Positions 54,185 to 64,000 of a stretch of DNA of 64,000 bases are shown in pieces. The number at the start of each line of letters is the position of its first letter. Positions within the stretch are counted from its first letter, which is position 1. The notes under the pieces were generated by a model, which was not told the DNA's origin, made no database searches, and worked only from the letters and a program-made list of their open reading frames with translations. Source of the stretch: Marsupella aquatica (taxonomy: Eukaryota; Plantae; Marchantiophyta). Location: NCBI GenBank assembly GCA_973895155.1, contig OZ316896.1, forward strand, positions 8,205,539-8,269,538, in the 5' to 3' direction. The translations under genes and the position numbers were made by a program.

Positions 54185-55487
54185 GAGCATTCCTGCTGGT
54201 CGCTCCATATGCGTGCCGGTATTGGGGGTATTTTCAGGGCTGGTGGGGGCTGGGCCTTCGGTCCAGAAGTTGCTCCGGACCTTTTCCCCACCCGCCAGAG
54301 TCTAGTTGCTTGTAGCACTCGCTATGACGAGATGAACTCACACTGTGCCCTCGTTTTTGGACCTACGCCAGGTTGTTCAGGCACCAACATCGACGCCCAT
54401 ATTGACGTCGACATGGGAAATCGTCTTAGACCATATGTACTGATTCATTAATTTCGGGAGACATGGTCCAAGCCCGGGCACTTCGATGGGAGCTACCGAG
54501 GGAGACGATGAGATCCCCATGAAAAACCTGATGATGACAGCACTGGTAAACATAGTACTAATGACAACATATATCCGTGGGAATTACTTTCTCGGGGCAC
54601 CGTATCGGACGCCGAGGATCAAAGGTTATGACATACAATGGATGCTTGCCTTTGATCCTGCAGCCTATTCGTCACCAGGTTGTAATCCCGCTTCTTCTTC
54701 CCAACGACTGCATATATTGCCTTCCAATGGCTCTCCCCCAAGCGGAGCTGACTTCCCTGTCATTGCTCGCTCAAATGGTAGATTCAATCTCCACCAAATA
54801 TCATGAGAGTACTCGCAACGCAGCTTGACAATTCATAAAATTTTTGCTGATGTTACCAAAAACAGAGCTCCTGACTAGAATCTGTCACGAGGACCTGAAC
54901 AAACAGGTGAACAAAATAATTTGAACTTGTCTCTGGGTTCCAGTCGAGAGATCCATCACTCTGGCTCACTATTGGGAGAAATCCTGAGAATCTACCATCT
55001 CTTTGGCCCGAATCTCGATCCGTCACCTCTCTGTTCGTAGACCCTCACGGACCACAATTTTTAGAACAAGTGCTTTTCTCAAGCAGAAATGACAAGAATC
55101 CTCCTCCAATCAATGCCAGAGCAAGACATGGAAGTCTCTCACTATTACTCAATCTCAACACAAATGCACCAAACAGAGCATTGTACACAAAGAAGTGCAC
55201 CCAACATGAAGACCAGGGGAGACAGAGAATATATGAATGGACAATGGGCGTTGATCAGCTCCAGGTGCACTAATAGTGATAGTCAATTTTTAATAGCGAG
55301 GCTGAACCGGCCGGGAGGGCACCCGCTTGTTGAGCCCAGAACTGGCGCGCCGGGGTCCAATTTTGGCGGGCCTGAAAGATACCGGGACTGATGGCGGGGT
55401 ACGGTGGGGTTTGAAATGTGAAAATATTGGGATGACACTGGATTCTCGTAGCAGGCCCGTCACTTTTCAGGACGGGTGGGAATGCTC
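54185..55487. mobile_element. Non-autonomous PIF/Harbinger-type element, 1303 bp
   Basis: TIR GAGCATTCC...GGAATGCTC with perfect TAA TSD (54182-54184 and 55488-55490); GC-rich subterminal arms; no transposase. Confidence 0.75.
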
Positions 55488-55816
55488 TAAGTAGTAAGAA
55501 ATTGATCTAGCACCATTTGCTGCACTTAACTTTACAAAACATTGAGGGCCATAAAAAGATACCATACTCTCCTTTAGCCCATGTGTACTATCTTTACGTT
55601 ATTAAATGTATGATAAATTAGCTTTGTTACAAACCGTCCCCATCAAATTGCCCCATAAGGTCTTCGAAAGCCACCGTTAGAGAAGCTTATCACTGGGCTT
55701 ATCAAGTGTACATGATTTGTTTTGACACTCCGTCACATATATGTTTTGGGGCAATTGTGGGGTATGGCCTTATTCGTAGGCATCATGACTGTGGCCATAA
55801 CTGCACTAGTGCACTA

Positions 55817-56099
55817 AGTGACCCTTCTTGTCAACTCGGAAACTAAATTAAACGCCCACGAGCCGACAAGATCAGGACTTCAGGAGGGTGAGTAATCATT
55901 ATTTTGCCTGTGACTTGAAAACAATTGTTGCAGATCGAATTTCAGATCTACGACAACCCTATATCACCCAGTGACCCTTCTTGTCAACTCGGAAAATTGA
56001 ATGAAATGCCCAAGAGCCGACAAGATCAGGAGGATGATCGATCATTTGTATTTGACAGGAATATAACTATTACAGAATTTCAAGATCTACGACAACCCT
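55817..56099. repeat. Diverged 153-bp-period tandem duplication
   Basis: AGTGACCCTTCTTGTCAACTCGGAAA...GAGCCGACAAGATCAGGA...AGATCTACGACAACCCT occurs twice. Confidence 0.85.
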
Positions 56100-57132
56100 G
56101 GGCCCTCCTACATCACCCCGTCAGTGTAACAAGAGAGACTCAGTCTAAAGTGACCGAGCCAGTGCTTCAAATGATTCAGGTTTGCAACAACCCTCGATCA
56201 CCCCGCCCAAGACAAGAGACTTCTAATGTGACAGATCGAGCAAACTCACTTGGATATCGATGATAGGATTGCAGACCCAGCCAGACCTCCAGATTTCCAT
56301 TTTCATATATCACTCGTACAACGTACGTACGGAGAACGTGACCCTATCAGTGAGTTTTCGTGATGGAAATGATTTATCAAGATTTGACCAGTGAATATAG
56401 CTCTTGGCCGTGTGATGCAGTGATCGATGTAGAAGTTTGATGCGTGACCAGCTGTTGGAGTCTGATATGACTTGAAAGCTGAGGTGTTATCAGACCTGTC
56501 TTTGGCAGTTTGGCGTGTTGGTTTGTGCACTCCCCGTGTTGAGACTACGGTTTTCAGTTTGGGCTGCAGCTTTCAAGAATGGAATTTATCCACATAAAAC
56601 ATTAAAGAGTACCAGACAGAGTAAATAGAGCTGGAGTAAATAGAGCCATTACACCATACCCTTTCAGTATTTCGTAGAGAGGAAGAGCCGTATAAACGCG
56701 AAGTGCGAAATAATGGGTACAAAGAGATAATAAGAATGATCTGGCGAGGATCGATGATTTGTTTCTGGACGTGTACCCGGTGCATGCTGGGATTAATTAT
56801 GTGGACGCTGGGGAAATATATTGTCCAATTTCGTGAACAAGTGAGGCAAAGCTATGCATTCATCAACGCTGGATTGACACGTCTTCTCACATAATCTAAG
56901 AATCTGATGATTGAAGAGAATTGTCACATACCCCGGAGTTGTAGACACAAAATAACGTGGATTGGCTGCGTAAAATTCTTAGAGCATGTTATGAAGAGAG
57001 GCTCGATGTGATTTGAAGTACAAAGCTTGTTGATCGCTGACCAAGTATCAATTCAACAGTACAGACCGTCATCATCAGCTATAGCATATTTACCCTAAAA
57101 CGTTTGAAGGGGTATATGTTCATTCTAGCTGT

Positions 57133-57699
57133 TCAATAGAAATAAAAGGATGTTTGCAAGCACATGTTATAACCTGCAGGGTACATGTCAAAGTTAGCCG
57201 TTTGGTTATTTCTTAATGGTGGTTGCGATTGGTTCGATCCGGGACTCACGTCATTCCTTGGAACTTTACATGCAGTGGGACCGTACCTGGAACGAGATTT
57301 GAATTGAGGGCTAAACCGGATGAAAGGACTGCTGTGCGCAAGTGTCGATTTTGGGTTGCAAGAAATTTTAGTGTAGAAGGAGTACACACTTGTACATGAC
57401 CTCGATGATCTGATACAAGACGTTAACTGTACCAATTCTGATGGAACAGGCGGCTTTACTACTTTTATGCAGATTCGACATGATATTAAGTTCATCACAT
57501 CCTTTTTTGGTCTTCGCCATGGTACGGCTGTTATCCGTGAGCCCACAGCTTCCAAGTTGCAACGTAGGAAACCTAAGAACTGTACGTCTACCAGCTCAGC
57601 GGGTTCGGTTGCTTCAATGGTTCCTTCGTTCCCAGAGATAGTTTGCTGGACAACAACCCCCAAAAGCAAAGACACAAACCACAAACCACTCTCCCACAC
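57133..57699 (-). other. 188-codon open frame with signal-peptide-like start; possible exon or pseudogene
   Basis: Begins right after acceptor CTGCCAG; hydrophobic LWFVSLLLGVVV; Cys-rich; internal GT-AG pair near 57285-57173. No ATG in this exon start; no family recognised. Confidence 0.25.
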
Positions 57700-59090
57700 C
57701 TGGCAGAGCAGCTAAATCAATCAGATGGACCAGCTTTTCTTATTGAACATCTCTACGGAGATCTTCCAAAGCCAACCAGGCTACTACTTCGTGCTGCGCA
57801 CGTACTGACATACTTCCAAAAAATCTCTTCTGAGGGTGCCTTTGCAATCAAAGAATGCCAAGAATGCCACTGGTGCCCAATAGACGATCCACACGAGGCA
57901 AAGAGTCTTTTAATTAACGAAAAACTCCAATAATGCTGAAAAGTGATTGTAGCGAGTGCATGATTTAGTTGCTTTCTGTGTCTCGTGGGGTCTGTTGGGG
58001 AATGTTCGCTTCTTGATACTTCTGCCAGTGTGTACTTCGAATCATGGCATTTTTGCAGTGCAAGACATTTTGTTGAAAATATATTTCGGTTCTAGCTTCT
58101 CACCTGTGTATGTCACACTTTCTGTATTCATCATGCTCAGTCCCAACTCGATCTTATGTTCCGTTGAGGGACTAATTACAGCATGTACCAAAACAAGACG
58201 AGAAGTCGGAACTTGATCACATCGATCTTCCCTCGATCAGTTCGATAATTTAATTTGGTTGCCTTTCTTGGTTATTGTCTTGGTTTGTTCGTTACACCGA
58301 ATGTTCATAGCTGCTAAAGCAAATGCTAGACTCGTTTATTCAAAGGCGGAAAGCACTGAAGTTCGTCACGGTGAACACGGACTTGCATTTCAACTGAAAT
58401 ATCTGGACATGACAGATTGACGATCTAACCAAACCAAAGGGCCCATGGAGCAGTAGTGAAAGACGGCATGTAGTCAGATAACTTGGGGTTAAGAGCTTCA
58501 ACGTTAATTGATTGGCTGAGTTTGAACCCCAGATTGTGATGCTCTATCATAATGGCATAGGGATAGGCTTGCCTTAATTTCAGCCGATGATCGATAGTGA
58601 CCCACGTACTTTTTATTTCTTTCAATTCCTTCTCCCCTGTTTTTTTTAATTCCTTATAGTTACCTTATATGTAATTGACCCTAGTTTTTATTTTAGTCTA
58701 CAAAACTCTTGCACCTCCCAACTCAATGTATACAAAAGTAAAACTTAAAAAAAAAGCCTAAAATGTTTTGATGTGAAAAGGCTTTTATTTTAAACAGGAT
58801 CTACAAACAAACATTTTGGTATATTTATGAAAATTCTAAGATTATTTTGATAAAAATTACAACTTTAACTTTTTGTGGAAAAAGAAGAAAACAAACTTTC
58901 ATATGACTCAAAAACATTTTGAAATTGAAAAACCCAGGTATTTCCAATTTTTAATATTCTTATAGCCAACTTTTGTCCATTATAAAATGTAGTCAAACCC
59001 CTGCCGGCCGGTTATACAAGAGTTGTGTTCCCAGGCTCTCTCCCTTCACAATTCTAGTCCCTCTGCACCTCTTTGGGACTCTCGGTCTAC

Positions 59091-59950
59091 TTTTTGCCTC
59101 AAAATAACTGATTGAATTCCATTAAAAAAGCCAACATACAAAAGGGAGGGCCCAACAAGCTAGGACGCTAACCCAGCAGGACCAAGAGGTTGATGTGCCA
59201 TAAAACCTGCAGGGCTGGTACCAGGGAAGAAGTTGGGCCTCAGAAGGAGGCAACTAAAGAAGCAATTTAGATACTACAGTCAGTCGGAGGAGCACCTTCC
59301 TAGAGATTGGGCCCCAGGATTGGTCAGTGCTCAGGTTCCAGAGGGGGTCCTTCCTGTGTTGACTCATTCAGTCAGTCTGTGATGCATCTTCAAGACCTGA
59401 CTCAACAGGTGGCATGGGGATCATGGAGGCCGTGGAGGGACGGGTCAGTGGGACTTGGAGAATGTCTTCATGTATTTCCCAAAGCTAGGCCAATCCAGGT
59501 ACCATAGTTCCTGGACATCTCATGGTGGGCATCCCCAAAGGTAATCTTACATCCTGCCCAGACGTGACGAAGATAGATTCCCAATCTATGCCAGGTTTCC
59601 AAATGACTCCTTATGGGTTGGGTCTGGTGTTTGATGAAATGCATACTTCTTTCGTACCATATATTGTAGCATGTAATAGCCCAAAGCGTATGCCAAAGCT
59701 TCCTGGGTGTATCCCATTCTCAGGTAAGGATGCACCACACAAGATGGCTCCCTTAATCTTCTAGCTTTTTGGTATTCACTTCTAGGAGTCAGGGGATTAA
59801 CATTTAATGCTGTCCAGTAGCTCAGTAAACATTGACTGGAAACATAAACCCTCTATGAAAAAAAAGTTATAGGTGCTACTGTCTAGCTCCATGTGACCCC
59901 ACCTTTGGGGGAGTATGTTTGTCTACTGTGCTATGGAAAAAAATCCCTAG
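59091..59950 (-). mobile_element. 5'-truncated, decayed L1-type LINE (ORF2 C-terminus plus 3' UTR)
   Basis: Minus-strand translation LWHTLWAITCYNIWYERS...TWHRLGIYLRHVW resembles the W...IW.ERN motif of L1 ORF2 ends; short A run at 59091-59095. Left and right boundaries approximate. Confidence 0.6.
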
Positions 59951-62302
59951 ACAGTGTCACCGCAGACATATGAACCACACATTTTGGGGGGGGTATGTGG
60001 TAAAAGCACTGCCAGTAGTGGGCAAATGAAGTTTAAACCTAGCACCTCTGCTCACCCCACTCTCATGCACTACCACCAGCGCATAGCCTGGGGTTTCACT
60101 CCGGGTTGCACTTCCACAAAAATGCATGGCATACCACTGGCGAAAAATGATGGAGTTACTTATTTTATTGGTTCTAAGAGCCCACAAGGTCTAAGAGAAG
60201 AATTAAAACTTTTCTCAGAAAAACTAGTGTACTTTAAATCTAATTTTGAGAGTTATAAGAATATTGTGGTCTTTTAAATATAATTCTTTGAAATATTTTA
60301 ACTTTATAGGATTAAAAATAAAATGATTACATTTTAGTAGATCCAACACCTACAATAGTCATGGGGATATGAGTGATATATTTCTTTGTATTTAGATGTA
60401 TTCTTGTTGCAGCTACCGGCAGCCACAGCTGACTTATAGAAGGGAATTCTTTGGTCTTCCCTTGTGTTCTCCTCTTTGACGCTTCTTGGTCTTCGGCATT
60501 GTGATCGAAATATCTCCTTTTCGCAATTATCAATTGATCACATACTGGTGCCACGCTCTGGATCACTCATGTAAAGTTGCCCTCATTTATTAGTAACTAC
60601 TGACCAATAAACACATCAACCGGATCGACCTCGATCAAACTTTCCAATTAGATATTGCCAAAGTGGCATCATCGAGAGAAGTTGCCCTCAGATCTTGTCG
60701 ATTACGATACTGTAGATCAGTCTCAACAGTGATTTAGACCGAACAGCGGAACAGGACAGTAGGAGACAGGTATGATGGGCATGATGGGTGTGATTGAGTA
60801 GTAGGCCTCAAAATAGCAAATTAAGACCTTCAAGCTTTCAAGGGATCTCACTTTACTGCTTTTTCGTCGCGTGCATCGAGAGCGAACGGAGTACCTACCG
60901 TCAACTTTGGGAAAGTTCTGGACGTCGTGATTCTCAGTCATGAGTGAATCGGCGGGAAAAATCAGAGCACAATACCGTATCCCGATTGGGAGAGTTGGGT
61001 TCCGTAAATCTATGCGTCCCTGTGACTGCAGATCAAAAAGCAGCAGCAGCCAGATATTTACTTACCATTTACCAAGGGAGAACTGCACATCAGAAACCAC
61101 CAGCTCTGACACTGTATACCATATATATGCTACGTTTTGATGTTTTTCAGAAAGGTAAATCTAGTCTCTTAGCAAATATCATGTCGCTTATCGCTTCCAG
61201 TGGGACAAACCTACTGTACCAATGTCAACCTGGGTCGTCTGCAGATTCTTGACAAACACTTGTGCAGGCAATTTTCAAAGACTCTGAACTTCCAGGTTCA
61301 CGCTTGCCATGTCTGTGCATAATTATTTTGTTGTAAACGAAAACTTGCTGAATCGCTTGGCACCGATCTGCGTTCTGAGCTACTGTAAGTGTCCCGAAAG
61401 TACTGCACCGAGCTCATTCCTCATTGCCCTCTCTGCACCTTTTGGCCAACCGATGATGTATCTGCGGACCGCCCCCCTGCCCCCCCTGCCCCTCCCCGCC
61501 GCGAGCTTTCGGTCATCGCAACCGCCTGTTTAGCTTTTACTAACTTTTATTTCAAAGATTTCAAAGAGTTTCATTCCCTGAACACACTGACGGTCGGGCA
61601 ATGATTGCAGCCACAGCCACTGAGCCACTGAGCCACGTTTGGGCAGCTTCTAGAAGGTCGCCAGTGCGCACAAACACCATGTGGATCAGCTAGCAGCAAC
61701 ATGGTGTACATGTGTACTGTACATGTACTGTACATGGCGTACACCTGTCTCTCCAAAATTTGGCATTATTTTGCGCATTTCGTGGGTTGGCCGTGTTGAC
61801 TGGGATTCTCCTCACAGTTTAATCTTTTATGTTGGTTCTCCATTTCTCGTTCACAGGCTCAAAGCTTTTGCGAAGTGGCATTGTTTCAGCACTTCTGATG
61901 TCACAGGTCTCACTAACGGGTCAGGATAGGGCAACTGTGGGCTGGACTGAGAGCGCATCACTGCTTTGTATCTTTCGGGAATTGAGGGCCCAAGTAGATT
62001 AAGGCCTCTAGTAACCCGTCTATGCAATTCACACCTCTGTAGCTTTACGAGGCTTTCCAGTTGTTTCTCAGTTTAGTTTCCAGTTCACTTGTTCTTTTCT
62101 CGTTGTTGGGACTCTCAAATTTTTGCCTCTTTGGACTTCTTGGGGTTTTCCCCGTTTTTCCCTCCTCCATTGGGGTTTCTACTTTGGGGATATGTCTCCA
62201 GACCAGTTATATTCTTTGGTAGGTTTTTATAAACTGAGGGCAGAACCCAAACTACTCTACACTAAGTACAATAGACCAAGGGAGCAACACGTTACCGTGG
62301 AA

Positions 62303-62543
62303 GACCATCGTACTTTTCCATCTCAAACTTCACTCCTCCGAATCTAGCCATCTCTCTCTTCTTTCCCACTACCGATAGCTCTGGTAGTAGAACAGCTTCC
62401 TCCACTGCACGCCGCACCGATGATCGTACCGGTGATACTAGTTCCTCCTCAAACGATAGCAGCTCCTCAGACTCACCGTTTGACCGTCGCGATCCTAAAG
62501 CTCCACCGACGCCAATTCTTCCAGTATCCTCCGAGTCACTCAT
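62303..62543 (-). pseudogene. gag: Truncated gag N-terminus
   Basis: MSDSED...SVRRAVEEAVLLPEL...FGGVKFEMEKYDG parallels the central Gag (MSDSEE...PVRRVVEEAVLLPEL...LGGPKYEVTKYDG), then homology stops. Confidence 0.88.
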
Positions 62544-62679
62544 ATGAAACAATCACAAAAAAACTTCTTTTTTCGAAACTCCTCATAAAACTCAAAAACT
62601 CAACACCGCCGCGTAGCCCACGAAGCTAGGAGTCCAAACACTGAAAAACAAAAATTGAAACCAAAATCCGTTGAGAGGC

Positions 62680-63015
62680 CACAGGCCGTGGGTGGTGGAT
62701 GCGAGCCAAGCTTCCAAGATGATCTCGCACAGACCATGGGTCATAGGCTATCCGCCCCCAAACTCAATAATAATCAAGACCCCTCACAGACCGTGGGTCG
62801 TGGGTACATGCCTACCCAGGCATACCCACATGACTCACGAACCGTGGGTTGTGGGATATCTTCTCACTCATATCAAAACCTCATGGACCGTGGGTCGTGA
62901 GCTCAATACTCACTCAAGCCAAGACCTCACCACCTGTGGGTCGTGAGCTCACTACTCACTCAAGCCAAGACCTCACCACCTGTGGATCGTGAGCTCACTA
63001 CTCACACAAGCCAAG
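62680..63015 (-). repeat. Tandem repeat array (about 45-60 bp units) in the Copia leader
   Basis: About 7 units with core CCGTGGGTCGTG; the last ones are near-identical 45-mers GTGGGTCGTGAGCTCACTACTCACTCAAGCCAAGACCTCACCACCT. Confidence 0.85.
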
Positions 63016-64000
63016 CGCTAAATACGACGGAAATTACGGACAAAGTACTATTTCTTAATTTGTCGTTTTCTCTGTGCCCTAAGTCACAACTGCACCTCGC
63101 CTTTCTGCAGTGCCAAATCGCCATTTCCAACGAGAAAAGTGAACGCCGCCGACCGGAAATGTTGTCGAATTGCACCGGCACAATCTGTAGCTCCAGCAGA
63201 GTAAGAACTTCCGCCGCGTCGCCTTCACTCCGCGTCAAGTGCCAATCTTGGACTCAAAACAACCGCCTTGCCGCAATCTCTCCATTGAGCCCTAGCACTT
63301 TGCATTTCTTCCTTCGAGTTGAACGTCACGACAAGTAACCCGGTTCAAGGAAAAACAAGCACCATAGCTTGTCAAAAAACCAGAACTCAACTGACATCCA
63401 CCCGTCACGTTTCACTTGGTAACAGCTCGGTAGTAACTCAGCTACCAAAACAACCAGCTCGCTTCAACCTTCAACATGATCTACAACATGCGACACCTCC
63501 CGCACTACACAACTCACACCGTTGAAAAATGCAAACTCTGGTCTCTCCCCCAAAAACCCGTCGAACACGAATAAAACCTGAACGACATAAACTTTGATTC
63601 CTCCGCACCACCGTTAGAAAGCCCTCTCACTAACTTATCCACTCAGCCACACACATTTGAGTTTCATGCGATGAAACTCCGAATGTACCATCGACAATGA
63701 ACGCTTGAAAAACTTATCACAAAAAAACCTCGTCAACTCTCAGGCATGCTCTGATACCACTTGTTGAGCATAGACGACATTCGTAACATCAAGCCCATGA
63801 ACCATCCAACGCACAATAGTCGACACACAGAGATATGTGGTTCACCTCCACATGAGGCTACGTCCACGGGAACACACAAGAGCTTTACTACACTCTAGGC
63901 CGACAGGCCATACCAAGCATCCACAGCACAAGCTCTCCCTATCTCTCAACTAGCTCCGTAACAATGAGCCTATATAAGTTCCACCAGGGTCTGGCATTAG

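Larger units (their letters stand above)
62303..64000 (-). mobile_element. 3'-truncated Ty1/Copia element (5' LTR runs off the window)
   Basis: LTR 63762 to beyond 64000 ending CAACA, PBS TGGTATCAGAGC at 63759-63748, leader homologous to the central element, gag start at 62543. Confidence 0.93.

Noticed and set aside
62104-62289. TGTTG...CAACA segment as a small solo LTR or the missing 3' LTR
   Set aside because: No 5-bp TSD and no similarity to the family LTR.

Overview
Land-plant nuclear DNA, read by eye with no tools (spliceosomal introns, nuclear NdhO, plant-type transposons; a bryophyte source is only a guess). The left 37 kb holds four recognisable intron-containing genes: RuvB-like 2 (-), NdhO (+), ABCI17/STAR1-type ABC ATPase (+) and RecQ2/RECQ1-type helicase (+). 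It also holds a tRNA-Ser(UGA), a Copia solo LTR, MITEs and many short tandem duplications. The right 27 kb is mostly transposable elements: a decayed PIF/Harbinger element carrying a nested, very young Ty1/Copia element, a tRNA-derived SINE, a 1.3-kb non-autonomous Harbinger, a LINE 3' relic and a truncated second Copia at the window end. The most unusual object is the nested Copia (42002-47977). Its gag and pol are in one frame but separated by a single UGA followed by two hairpins (candidate readthrough signal). Its RT lacks the YVDD core through a clean in-frame deletion, and its U3 is a 9x18-bp ACGTGG/GTAC array absent from the related solo LTR. No prokaryote-type system or CRISPR array is supported.
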